The notes beneath the pieces were generated by a model. It made no database searches, was not told where the DNA came from, and saw only the letters and a list, made by a program, of their open reading frames with translations. 64,000 bases of DNA, taken from positions 372,001 through 436,000 of the forward strand of contig VJWM01000103.1 of NCBI GenBank assembly GCA_010909165.1, in the 5' to 3' direction. Shown here piece after piece: positions 34,516-48,099 of the stretch (position 1 is its first letter; each line of letters starts with the position of its first letter). The stretch comes from Anthoceros angustus (lineage: Eukaryota; Plantae; Anthocerotophyta). The translations under genes and the position numbers were made by a program.

Positions 34516-37299
34516 AGTAAATACAAACCACAAAACTTAAGCCCAAATAACAACAAACTTACATTTGATCTTGGGTTATCAATCGTTGAATTGAACAAAA
34601 ACCACGAATTGACAAATTTTTGTCGTTTGCACCACTTGGGAGAGTGTTCAATAATGACTCTAAAAGTTTCGATAACATCCTTAAATCTTGACCTTTTGAA
34701 AATGCTCACTCGTAATTCTTCATGTCCACTTTGTAATTTTTGAAAGCCGTTCTTGATACACGCAAATAAAAGCGAGCTTAATACGTACATCAAAACAACC
34801 AAAACATACCGACGTCAAAGATACAATGAACAAAACAACCAAAACATCTTGAACAAAAGGTCCCTGAATCTGAGAACGAGAAGTCCCACTGAGGTTATGT
34901 AACTCTTCACCACCTCGAACTCCAAACTGGTCATGCAAAAATATGCACACACAAACAATAGAGAGGCCTCCGTGTTTAAAACCATAAATGAACAATCAAA
35001 GTGCACCCCTAAACCAACAATATTACCTTTTTGAGCCCCCGCCCAAATGAGCATTGATGATCTCTGTGAAAGAATCGTCGCTCATCATCGTAAATCAACT
35101 TCACCTCTTTTCGACATGACACAATCCCAAGGTCCTTCGATTTTCATGGACGCAACCACTACGGGACCCATGGAAAATTCCATGAAACATGTTGATCACG
35201 GAACATCGAACCAAGCGGCTTTGGTTCAGATGCACTTCCTTGTTAAAATTCGGTTAAAACCACGAAAGAAAGACATCAACGCACAAGAGAGAATCAAAAT
35301 CGGTCATGTGAAAGTCGAACTATCAAAATCAACAAGTCAAAACATCACTACTTACGTTTCGAGAAAATCTCCTGTTGTCCTTGATTCGAACTTGATGGAA
35401 AAAGGATATCGAATAAGATTTAGATCCTTGTGAGGATATCCTCAACAGTATCCCATCCCGACCCCACTCACTTTCATAAAGGCCCCGAGGCGACTTGACA
35501 CGGTTATTCGCGTTTGGACCTATCCTCCCACCACTCAAAGCATCATTCACAGCTCCCTCGGACTATTGGGTCAAATCCACTCTCAAAATTGCTTCATCAT
35601 CAATTTCCTCCATACCCATGGCAAAGTCATCTTCTTGGGATCATCACACTTTAGCCTCTCAAACATATCAAGCACTTCTTGATCGGGATGACTCAGGTCG
35701 GGAACCACATGGAAAAGCGCCCACTGTCTGCATTTTCAGCAGCACAAATCTCTAGACTCCAGACAGTTTTGGCGGCACTCACAACCATGGGATCGTCTTA
35801 TCAAGAAATCATTCTCCCCACAAACCGGACCCTCTCTCGAGACCGGGACATAGTTAGTAATCTCGCAAGAGGACCTTCAACCAATGCCACAGGTCTCGTG
35901 TCCACCCTTCTCCTCTTTACGAAGGGAGAGGGGAAGCTGGGGGAGGATTCCCCTAGCTTTGGGATGGCCGGGCCCGTCCTCTACGCCGTGGCCATAACCT
36001 GCAGCAATTTCCCAATGGGAGGAAGAGGCAAGTCGCATGAGCTACACTTTTGCAGCCACGATCCAGGAGGATTTCTGCGAACTTGAGTCGATTGTTTTGG
36101 ATAGAACAAGCGTTGTGGGGCTTCACATCGAGCGGCCACTATGGCTGAAGCACACACCTCAAGAATGGACTTGGGGGCGGCGGAAGACGGCATGGAACAC
36201 GCATGCGCCGGGTGCGCCTTTCCGCAATGGCGCACGCAACATGGGAGTTGTATAGAGACTTTGAGAGCATGAGCTCAACACTATCCTCGCTATGGACGGT
36301 GCAAATCAAGGAGGTGGCTCAGAAGGATGGCGCTACGGCATCATCTTCCCTTTCAATGCAACCGCTTCCGTTTGAATGTAAAATTGTGAAGGAGGTGGCA
36401 TCCGCTTTAGCCTGTAACACATGTTTGCAAGTGCAATGACTCACATGTAGAGAGTCGACCGCTGCCGCCCAACCGCTAGCCGCTCGCTCATCTCCTCCCT
36501 TTCAATAGCCGCCACCTCACTCACCACCGACGGCGCCAACGCCGGGGAGTGTTTATTCGTGCCCGTGACATCCCGCCAATGCAATGATTCATCCCATCCC
36601 GGCCGCTCACCGATGAACATGGCGTGAATCCACAACCGCATTCTTCCTCTCTCGATGCCATCGACGACGGCTCATCGCCCCGAGGTGCTCTAATGTTGAA
36701 GGACCGGTTCTCGATTGGAGGTGACGCCGCGCCGGCGAGCGTGATGCCCGCACCTACAAGCAGCGGTTGAGGTCGTTGTGAATTGGACATGAATTACAGG
36801 CGTAGTCGCGCATTCATAGGTTGCCCGCGCTGCGCCGCCTCGATTGCCGCTGTCGTCACACCGTCGGGACCACGTGCAAGATGCCCCGATTTGCAAATGA
36901 GGTTTATATGTTTTGTCCATGCCGCTGCTGTGGCGACCTCCCGTGGGCGGATTCCAGCAAGACATCTCAAGATCGCACTGCTTATGCGGCACTGCACGGC
37001 TCCGCCGCGTAAGCTCTGCGCTCGCATGCCTTGCCTTCTCTGCATCGAGGTTTATCCGCGCATCGTGGAGCCAAGTTTGACACCCAGACGGCGGAGGCCT
37101 AGCGGCGCCTCCACCGGCGTATGATAGGACGACGGAAGCAATCGATCACCGCGACTTGGCACGGAGGGAACCGCTGCGACAACTGCCGCTGCCGCGCTTG
37201 TCGGCGGACGCCTTTATACCGCAGGTAAAGGTGAAAGCGAAGAGAGGCTAAGCGCCACATGTTGTTGTTGTCTGGCAAACCATGTTTGACATCGCTGAC

Positions 37300-39700
37300 G
37301 CCGCATTAACAGCCTCTTAAAGATCTTAAGTGTGGATTTTTGCCGCCGAACGAGTTATCAAGGGACGAGGCCAAGTCATCAAGGTAACCTATTTGGCCCC
37401 GATATGAGAAAATCCATGCTTGTGAGAAAGATGCTCGCTCAGGGGCGAGTACGGGACCGCAACCATTGCCCAAAGTGTGGGACGCCGCGTTCGTGGATGG
37501 GTTTGATGAACCCGAGTCCCTGAAGGTCCTCCGCATTTTCCTTGAAACCGCGATCAAACGCATGTTTCAATGGCGGAAATAGTACGCTTGATGACTTGGT
37601 ATGTCGGGAGGCAAAGCGAGAATGGGGACATGTCCATGATGCGGATACCCGATGGAGAGCACTAGATGCTTGATGGTTTCGCGATGAGCCGAGGAACTTG
37701 AGGTTAGCATTATCCATGTACGGTTCAACCTGCTTATGTGTCCGCAAACACGCCCATATGGCCGGTTTTGGTATTTGTGCACAACATGCCACCTTGGGCC
37801 AAAGACAAAGGACGCATGTCATCATGCCTCCGATTGTGCTGTACCGGGATGGTTAAAATTTCGATGTGTACATGGCACTCGGTAGATGAACTCAAGAGTT
37901 ATGGAGGGGTGGAGATGGAAGATTTCAATGCCGAAACCATCCTAAGAGGCATTTCAAGTTACGCGCAATGTTCTCGCACATCATTGCCGACACCGGGTTC
38001 CTCACCGGATTGCAAGTGAGAGGGAAGCGAGCGCAGTGTCGATTGCTGGTCGGACCTTGATTCTCGCTATTCCGTAGATTTGAAAAGCCCGCTTATGTCG
38101 GATCGCGCTACCGCCAATGACGGGACGGTGGAGGATGCGATTGGTTTGATGGATCGGACCTCCGATCCAAACCAAAGGCCGCCAACGCTCGATGATATTG
38201 CGGATATATGGCACGCAGAGAAGCGACACCGCAGACGTCTGCCCGGGCAACTTTGGAACGTGAATGTCGCCCTTGTTCGTAGTCTCGCCATATCCGCCAC
38301 ATGCTTGTGTGGGCGCCAAAGGATGTGATGCACGTGGAAAAACAATGCAGAGGCCATATGGCACACGCCGGGAGAGCGAGATGACATTGATCGCATGGAC
38401 ATGGAAGCAAGCGGAGGAAAAGATGGTTGTCTCAGAGGTGACGATGGCCAATACCGCAGCGCCAGACGCTTTGTCCAAATCGACTTGAAGACCGTGATTG
38501 AGGGCATTAAACGATCAAGTCGCCCACGTGCTATGGGTCCAATATATAGCTAAGGTGGAAAGCGGAAAGTTGGTCAATGCCATGATCGCACATTATGTTG
38601 GAAATCATATTCCCCATCGCTCCTGGGTGCATAGAGCCAGGTGTACAAGGCGTTGTAAAGCTAGGACGCTTACCGTGGATTTGCCAATGACGATACCGAG
38701 TCGGGACATCCAAGCACAAGAGGCAAGTGAGGGTAATGTGCTCTCGAGAAGCAATTTCTAAGATGTTTGATATATCAACCCACCTCATATTACACTTAGT
38801 GGACGAGGTGGCCGCTTTGGGCCCGGGCTCACACTAGGTGGATGTACCCGTGGAGAGATATTTAGGATCCAGAAGTGAAGGCGACAAGCGAGACCCGAGT
38901 CCAAGATAGCGGTGGGGTACATGCGAGGAGAGTTTGCATTTCGCATGACATTTCTCCGCTATTACGCCACGTGGGAGAAGCATGGACCGCAGATGAACGT
39001 ATGGGGAGAAGGTGTCGGTGTCGGCATATTATGGATGCTGGAGGCACGCCAGCACATATGTGTTGTATCACGAGGTGCGCCCGTTCTTGGACATGTAGGA
39101 AGAAGTTAGGACAAACGGTGCACGGATGGTCGACGGACTTTGATGGATATGGAAGAAGGGCTCAACGCATGGGATGGGCATCCTTGCATGACCCACGAAG
39201 TGACCGCAATCATGGATGGCTACAGCAGCGGCATATAGCCACATGTGGAACAAAGGCCACCTCTAAAGTGGAGGCGACAAACGCCGGAGTACAAAGGATA
39301 GTGCGGTGCCAAGTTTCATGATGGGACAATGGGGCGACATTGAAGAGGAGCGCCTGCCTACGCACATAGAACAAATACTCCGCTTCTCGCATGAGTTTAA
39401 GCCAATTTTGTTGAAGGTTAGATGGTACGAGTGCCAGAGGGACAAGGCCATCGATGCGAAAGTCGACACCGGATTTGACATTGTAAATACGGAGAAAGTT
39501 TGTGTACAGGTGCGCCAATAGATGGTCCGCTTGTGCCATCGCAGTGACGCAGGTATGCCGCATCCGGAGACGGGATGAAAACATAGTCCATCGCTGTGCC
39601 CACACCGCGAGGGATGGAGGGACACGAGCGAGTGGACGAGCCATATAGCGCATGGCATGTGGCCTATGGACGCCGAGGATGGGGCGTAACCTCCCGACCA
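37300..39700 (+). mobile_element. Decayed CACTA/EnSpm transposase (TnpD)
   Basis: HCPKCGTPR, HNMPPW (cf. YNLPPW), HLVDEVAALGP..TRWMYP.ER at ~38790-38860 and PILLKVRWY..KVD.GF..VN, in canonical order with many frameshifts. Confidence 0.85.
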
Positions 39701-40999
39701 GACGAACGAATGTGGCTCCATTGAAGAACTAACGACATAAAGATGGAACATCGAGACAAGCAGAACGTGACACTAAGATGGGGCAACCTCCTGACATGAC
39801 GAACGAATGTGGCTCCAATGGAAGACAACAGAACCAACGTGACATAAATACCGTGGTTCGGGCGGTGTTCACATGACGACACCGATTATCGCAATATGCA
39901 ATGATGACCTTCTAGATCCGCACTCAATTGTGGGCAAGGGACTACAAGTTGTCGAATATAAAACACTAGTCATTATGGCGAAGGAGAAAGGGCAAGTGAG
40001 GACGCCGACCGCGTAAATGCTTAATGACGCCGACGAGTTTGCAAACAAAGGCTTTCCATATGAAGAGCTTTGAATTTTGGCGGCACCCTTGGCTTGGCAA
40101 CTATCGTGAAAGCCAATGCCTTCAAGATGGCGCGGGCAATGGCGCCGGAAGGCAATGCGAGGAAGGGCGAGCCGAGTTTGCACATCGATACGCTAGCACC
40201 ATCGCCGCAAGGCCGCCGACGCTGCCCCGACGCCATAGGTGGGTGGGGAGGATGAGAGGGCAAGCCTGCCTCGAGCTACCTCGCCATCCACCCCAGCCAC
40301 CTAACACCTCCGATCCGAGCAGCTGCCGCTGCCACCGCCACCGCCCTACATAGACACACGGAGAGTTGTGAGGGACAAGGAACATGGCACCAACCAATGG
40401 CGATTTGAGGACATGGAGACGTGAATATCCCAGCCACAGACGCGACTTGGAGCATTGCTCGCGAATTGAACGCAGGGGTGACGATGCTGCTATCGATGAG
40501 GTGGGTGTTTCGAGATCGGATTGACAAGAACGCCTTGTTCACAATTTGTACACACGCTGATGCGCTGGACGCTATGCACCTTGCTTGGCATGCACTGCTC
40601 ATGCAAGCAGACATGTGGAGGCAGCCCATGGCAACACGGGAGGTGGGACCGCGAGAAGGCAAACCGAAAACCGAGGATGTGGTGGCAACCTGGTGGGGGT
40701 GGTCCGCGATCACACACACGCACAAGAATCGGATGAGGAATGGCGACAGCTGCAAGGGGAGGTGTGATGACAAGGGAGAGGAGGTGTGCGTGAACCGGAT
40801 GTATGGAGTGGTGTCCGAGGTGGACAACGATGCACGGTGACCTTGATAAAAGGAATGGAAATGGTCAAGGAGGCAATGCAAAAGCAAAGGACAGGAAGGG
40901 AAGGGAACTGTTGTTCGGGGTCCGAGCAAGCAAGGCACAAGAGCTGTTGAAACCGTGAGGACAAAGGTTGTGAATGAACCGGGGAACATGGCAAGATGG

Positions 41000-41650
41000 C
41001 GCGACGCCGAGGGGGAGAAGGGACTAGTGAAATCCTAAGCCTTCCCGACCGGTGGTGAAGTCCAAGATAAGCCGACACTTCGAAATGACTCGCACGCGCA
41101 CTCGACAGGTGGAGGCCGCAAAGGCGCAGATTAGAGGAGAGGGAGCAGGAGGGGGGAGGAGCGGGTAAGAAGCCGAGCATGGTGGACGAGGAGGAGTGGG
41201 AAGATGCCCTTGCCCGGGCTCGGATGGAGCTGCAACGAAACGGGAAGTTCGAGCCATCGAAGTATGAACTTGCAGCAAAAGAGAGGCTGGCCAAAAACGG
41301 AGGGATGGGGCCAAACCCTTGGGGCAAGGGAGGGGCTGGATGGGTGCTTCTTTGAGAAGAAGCATGGGAGGTACCCAAATCAAGAGGAGGCTGAATTTTG
41401 GGAGATCAAGAGGACGATCTCCATGCAACCTCTGGGCGCTCATAAAGGGCGGGTCTCCCCAGTTCATACAATGGGTAAGACATGGATGGAACAACGAACC
41501 ACCCTGAGGTTCAAAGGGCTGGAGGACAAGGAGATGACAATTTTTGAACGACATGGAATTGGAGATGGATCCAGATCCGTGGCATTTAGACGAAGGATGG
41601 AAGACAAAGGTGCAATCGCAGGAGGTGGTGGTGTTGTGGGGGGATAAGTA
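41000..41650 (+). pseudogene. CACTA accessory (TnpA-like) ORF remnant
   Basis: PSMVDEEEWEDALARARMELQRNG..RLAKNGGMGPNPWGKGG / FEKKHGRYPNQEE lies downstream of TnpD and resembles 25917-26640 (-). Confidence 0.45.
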
Positions 41651-43752
41651 GGAGGACTGGGAGTAGAATGCATTGGGAGAGAGGAGGGAGACAAAACAAA
41701 AGAGAAACGGAGGGAGGGGCAGTTTGGTCCGCCACAAGGTGGATGGTGCATGGTGGAAACAGTGTCCAGAGTGAGGCTATGACGGCAATGTGATCGGTGC
41801 CGACGACGCCACGATCACCAAGGTGATGGAACGCCCATGCCCGTGATAGTGTGAATGCCGAGAGTGTGAGAAGATGTGTAGGGAGAGGGCACGTGTGACA
41901 CAAACGTGTGCCCGCCACCGCTGGTTGGCCATGGCTGCAAGTGGGAGGGACTTGAATCACCGAGCCATGCCGGCTCACCAAGGAGGTGTGTCAAGAGGGC
42001 AGCCGTAAAGGGCGCAGGTTAGAGGGTGCCATCGCCAGTGACGTAATCGCACATTGTGGACGGAGATGGGGCGAGGGAGGACGAGGGCCGTGAAAGACAT
42101 GAGGGATGGAATGAGGGCCGGATGAGAATTGCAAATGGAGGCAATTGTGTCACCAAAGAAGGGTGTATGGTCTGCCAGGAACAAATGGGGTGGGAGAGGC
42201 GGGTGGCGAATGGAGGAGAGGCGGGTCCGCAAGCGGCCATGGTCGTGGTGGGGCCAAAAGGCGCACATGAGGGAATTTTCGAGGGAGGGAGAAAGAGGCC
42301 AAAAGGGGTACATGATGGCGAACGCCGGAAACAACAAAGGGCGCAGAGTATGAGGAAGGGACGACATTGAGGGCGTGCCTAACTGCATGACACATACCGG
42401 CGACTGACCGAAAGCATGGACCTCTCCAGCTGGGCCCCATTGAGGCTACGCCACCGTAACAAAAGGTGGAGGCCGAAAGAGGAAAGCGGGAGGTGCAATC
42501 GGAGGCATCGAGGGGCCGTGGTGACTGGGCAAGCGCCAATGAAAGAGCGAGGATGGAAGGAGGATGGGCAAGAGGTACATAAGAAAACAAGATAAAAGTG
42601 CGGGAAGGTAAGCAAAGGTCACAGCACACCACTATATGCTGCACATGTAATCAAGGGCATGCTATGTTTGTACTGGGTGCGCAAGAGGACGAAGGGAGGT
42701 GGATGCGATGGAAAGGGGAAAGTCGGTCGCGATTTAACGCAAGAGGAAGGGGAGGAAGAAAATCGCAAAATGTAAGCAGGAGGTTTATGTCACGCGCCTA
42801 CAACTCAACACCGAGCATTGTTCATTGCGCAGGGCTCTATGATGGGGAATGCGCTCATCAAATCGCGTTGGTAATGCGGAAATCACACAAGCGATAAAAT
42901 GCTCAAAGACAAGGGAGGGTCATGCCGGCGCCTGCGGCGCGCAAGAGCCGAGGTGCGTGATGAGGAGGAAGAGAAGGACAATGATAACAACGAGGAGGGC
43001 ACAAAATTTGGCCCGGAGGATGAAGACTATGGCCCAATGCCCGATATCCCGGACATTCGGGATGAAGAAATTCTGACGCATAAAGGGCGGATCGACAGGG
43101 ATGCGGGGTTTTCATGCGGCCTTATGAAACCCCCGGGGTTGCCAGACATCAATCGGAGGTGGGAGGTTACGCCCGGCCAGCGGGCGCCCACGCCCAGAGC
43201 TTTCATCAGCCGCAGCGGTCGGGCTGAGGCCTGGAGTTCGACGTGCGAAGGCTCTTGAAGCCGGAGGGAACGAGGGGCGCGGCGATGGGCGCCGTCTCAT
43301 ACTCAGCTAGGCAAGCCTCGAAGGCACCAAGATGAGGCGGGAGGAGAGGAGGGCCACGGCTACCATGGCGACAAAAGCAGAGGGTCATGAGAGAGGAGGA
43401 AGGGCCTAAGGGAAAGCGGAAGGCGGTGATCTGTTCAAAGGAGATCGGGCCGGAGGGAACGAGCCGGAGAGGACCATCCTAAGGCAAAAGCAAGAGGAAA
43501 GGCAACAAAGCGGCAGAGGGTGGAAAATGGGGTGAGTATTCCCCACCTGCTTCATGTGGACAACGAGACCTTGAGAGGAGTTATGTAGCTATCCCAGGAT
43601 GAAGACCCCTTGACACGGGTCGGAAAGCAGCATATGCACGAGAGAAGGTAGTATTGGAAAATGCGTCTTTGGTGAAATTGGAGAACCTTTCGGGCGGCAT
43701 CGCATCTTACGCCGATGCAATTTGTTATCGGAGGTGGATGAAGCATAGGCCA

Positions 43753-46700
43753 TGTGGCGCCGATTTCTTGGCGAGCCACCGGGCGCCGCACAATCCCGTG
43801 TCGTTGTAGGAAGGAGTCCGCTCAAGGGAATGACAGTCTGCGCCGCTTCAGCGATTCTCGCCTTACTTTAGTCCGCTCACCCCAACGCACACTTCACGCT
43901 CAACTACTCGATAAACACCGCACAGTCTGATGGCCAAACGCTTATGACCCGTCAAGGCCTGCTTGCTCACGCTCGCCTCTCACACCTCTCGCCCTCTCTC
44001 CACCACACTACACTTCCGCCTTAAGGAAAAGACGCTGGTTACGCCGACCTCCTCCGCTCCACTGGCCTCCGTCCGGCTCAGACGCCTCCAAGTCCCTCCG
44101 GCCACACGCCGGCCGCTCGGCCGGGCTGCTCGACGAGCACGGTCCCCGCCACCCTCGCACACACCACAACACGTTAGGTCCGCCACCAGACCTCGATCAA
44201 TCCTCCGAGCTGCCGCGCTCGCCAAGTGACTCAGACTCACGTTAGCAAGAAGACACACAAGGTCTGCAAGAACGCGATCAACACCAAGAGAAAGATGATT
44301 TATTCTGTGGCCCCAGCCTCTTATACTACGCCCAGTCGGCTTTTATTACACTCTATTCCGAGCCGATGGCCACCAAGATGCCCTAATCGCCGCCTACCAT
44401 CCTATTCCTCCCTATCTCCTTCACGCGGTAATGGAAGGTCCCCGAGTTCCGCCTTTGGGATTGGTGGTCCAATCTCCCGACAGCCATACAAGACCCTAAT
44501 CGGATGATCCGCGAGGCGGGACCCCTCCTCTCCCGAATCCGTCAGTTACGGGCGGGTCGACGACCGCTACACGACGCCATCCTCCCTCGGCCTCCCATGG
44601 GTCCTCCTGGGGCCACCGGCCATCGCCCCCTCGAAGTCGGGGCTCCTCATCGCCAGTCCCGACCTCGAGGTCCGTCTCGACCCCGAGTCAACCTGTGGTC
44701 CGCTTATTTCGAGTCCGGCCGGCCTACCGTCTCGGGGTTCGGACCTCGTGGTCCGAACTATTACCGGGTCCGGCCCCAAGCTCCCGACCCGTGGACCTCA
44801 TCGCTAGGTCCTCCTCCTACCCCCGACCCTTGTCTTGGTTCGCTGGCTCCTCTCGCACTTTCAGCTGGCCACCCCCTTCTCCGAGCGGTGGTGGTGAACT
44901 TACCGGGTCCGCGGCCCCGCCTCCTCTTGGGCTCTTCCTCATTGCCTCCAAACAGGCCCCTAGAGTCCCCGTGGCCGCCCCTGCCCTTCTTCCTCCGAGC
45001 CTTCCAGGGTCCGCCTATTTGGAGGGCGCCGAGAGCTCTACCGCCTTCAGAGCTCGGGTAATAGGCAAAGTCCGAATCCACTTCGGATTGCTCTTCCACG
45101 CCCGAGCACCGATACTCCTTCGCCATAGGTGCTCCGGAGCCGAGCTGCCGCCTGTTGCTCCACCTCCCCGCCAGTTTGATAGCCGGAGCCGGGCCGCCGC
45201 GAGGTCGCTGTGGCCTCACCTCCCGCACTGCCGCCGCTGCTCCACCCGCCCAACTCCTCCGCCTGCTCCGCCGCCTGCCATAGCGCAGCTGCTCCTTCCG
45301 ACTTCCGCCTGACCAAGCCTTCTTGTCCGCCTCCGCCTTTTGTCCATTCTAACTCCGCCATCTCCGCCCGCACGGCAACATCTGATCATGGCTTCGCCCA
45401 GTTCTTCTCCATCTCGACGCCCCGCCTCCTGCTCCATCGCCAGATCGACTCTGGCCAACAGAGCCGGAGCCGGCCGCTGCACACCATGTCCCGCACTACC
45501 ATTCCTCTCAATGATAGTTTGAAGTCAGCCCAAAGTCTCCTTGCGTCTTCCATCTCCCGCCGCCGCTTCCACCTCCCGAGCCGAGTCCGAGATCCTCCAT
45601 CTCCTTGTCGCGAACTTGGCCCCGGCCGGTCCGGGCTGCTCCGCCACCTCCCCGCCTCCATCTTCGTGCAGAGCCGAGGCGCCTATCTCCGTCAAGTCCC
45701 GGATTCTCATTGAGAACTCCTTGTCGCCGACGCCTTGGAGTTGTAACTCCAAGGTGTCCTTGCTGCCCTCCAGCCTCCGCCGCCTCCTTCTACCTCCCCG
45801 CACTGCTACCGAGGTCCCCGATTTCCTGCCGGCCTCCAGCAGCCAGACGGCTCTGCTTGCTCACGCCACCGCCGCCTTCGATTGGCTGGCTCTCCTCCAG
45901 CCTCACGCCGATAGTGATCGCGATCGGCCAGGGCTTCCGCCTCCTGGCCACCTTCACCGAGCCTCTCCTTGGCTCGTCGGCCGCCAGTCCCGCCTGCTCG
46001 CTGCGCCTGCCTCCGCCTCCACGCCTCCCCGCAGAGGTCCTCACCGCCTCCCTAGCCTGCCTCACCGCCTCCACTGAAGTCCGGCCCTGCGGATGGACCA
46101 GACTCCTCCTCGCCTCCCGCTTCCTTCTCAATCCGGCCGAGAGCTTGCCTTCCTTCGCCTCCCGGCCCCTCCAACCGCCTCCCGAGGAGTACCATGCGCC
46201 CGGTGGCTTCTACCTCCGGGTCTTCGGCCATCCCAGAGACCCCAAAGCATACCGTCCATGACGGTAGGACCCGCCTGGTTTCTTCCACGGCCGGTGAGGC
46301 TCCCACAAAGTCCGTAGCGGAGCAGATCACGGTCCGCCAAGGACCTCCATAGTCCGAGTAAGTCCTGACTGGTTCTGACCTAATCAGACCCTTAGGTCCC
46401 GAGGCCGAGCCCGAGCTTCACCTCCTTGGCCCTTTGGCCGCGAGCTCCTTCTCCGCCTTTTTCCCTGGGCCTTGAGGAGGTGAGGGAGTCCGGAGCAAGC
46501 CTTTTGCCCCTTCCCCGCGGCTGTGACGCGGTGGCCGCTGTCCTCTCGCCTCGGCGCCCCTTCTCGCCTCCCATCGCTTCCTCCGCTTCACCTGCGGGTG
46601 GTGGGTACTGCACCGCCGAGGTGCCACAGCCGTGGGTCTTGCTCTTCGGCCCCTCCGTCCGGCGGGCCTGGCCCGGGTTGTGGCCGTGGCGGCTGCTGGC

Positions 46701-48099
46701 CTGGGCCGCCTCGCCGACTGGCCGCCCGGCTAGCATTGTGAGGAGGGAAGGAATTTCTTCCCATACTTCCCCGGGTGGTGAGGGGGTCCGCTCTGCACGA
46801 TGGAGTCCGGAATCCTCCTGCCCTCCTCCCGGTCCGCTTGGCCTCGACGATCGGCCTCCTCGCGCCTTGCCCGCCTCCACTTCCCAGTAGGCCTCCAGCC
46901 CTTTCCGAGCGCGCTCTCCTTCCTGAGGAGCTCAAATGCCCCATACATGGATCGTGCATGGGGATGCCTGTGATGGCGAGGGCTTCTGGCCCGAGCTATG
47001 CCTCGACTAAACCGCGAAGATAATCCTTCCCCGCCGCCTTCTTCCCCGCACGCATGCGTGAATACTATCAGTTATCACCAAGGTGATCCACCTTGGTGAG
47101 TGTTCCAATGGACAATGATCCGGCTACCGCCTTACTCGACCGTCTAAGAGTCGGATATCGCCCAACCACAGGTCCGCTGCCCCAGCCTCAAAGATCGCTG
47201 GCCCTATCTTCCTTCGCCTTGAGGGGCCCGCACCACCCCCTTCTTCCTCCTTGGGCGGTTAGGCCGCCTCAGACCTCCAAGGTCCATCGCCTGGGTCCTC
47301 CCGAGGTTCTTGGACCGCACCTCCTTATTGACCGCCCGGCATCTTGGGCGAACTCCGGACGGTGACCATCGAGCGTCGGACCATGGAACGCATCCAGTGC
47401 CACTCCACTTCTCCACCTTCCTCGGCGGGCCCAAAGTCCGGATAGCGCGAGTCACAATGTTGCGCTCCACGAGGTTCCATGGCTCCCAAACTTCCGAGCT
47501 TTTGGGTGCCATCGCCTTCTCCTCCTTGGTTCTTTGGCCTTGGAGAGGCAGCACGTTGCGCCTTCGCGCGTTCGCTGCTCCAACCTCAGCGGTGAGCGGC
47601 GAGCGTGGCGTCAGATACCGCGAGCGGTTGCGGGCGCAAGATCGGTGTCTCTCTGCGGTGAAATGACCTTCCTTGACCGCCTTGGGAGTAACAGGGCGGG
47701 GCGCCTCTTCCTGTCCGTGGCGCAGTGCATGGCTTACGACCTTACGCCTCCGCCTGCGGCCTTGCGCCTGCAGCCTTACGCGCCGCGGGTCGCGGGCGTG
47801 AATACTGCTATAACGGCCTCAGGTTCGGTCGTGCATGCCGTCCTCCACTCGTCACGTGGCGTCGCCTAGTCCGTCCTCACGGCTCAACTTCTAAGTTACT
47901 TTCCTGGCGTACTTATCTGGTCACAGGTGGGTCGGACTTATCCGTTACCCGGCGCACGCCATAGTAGGTCAGATGCGTTCCTCACTCGAGTCGGAGTATA
48001 CTCAGTGCTATCCGTGCTTATTCCCCCTTTTTAGCCTCATTTTATCCTTCACGCTCCTGCAAAAACAAAACCCTGTTTATAACCCCCTAAGTGATCCAG
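43753..48099 (-). mobile_element. Solo LTR (~4.35 kb) of the giant-LTR gypsy family
   Basis: The reverse complement matches 50862-55236 and 60580-64000 along its length. The left end corresponds to the LTR 3' end GCGCCACA and the right end to a degenerate LTR start. No internal domains. Flanks GGCCA / TGCCA are a possible degenerate TSD. Confidence 0.88.
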
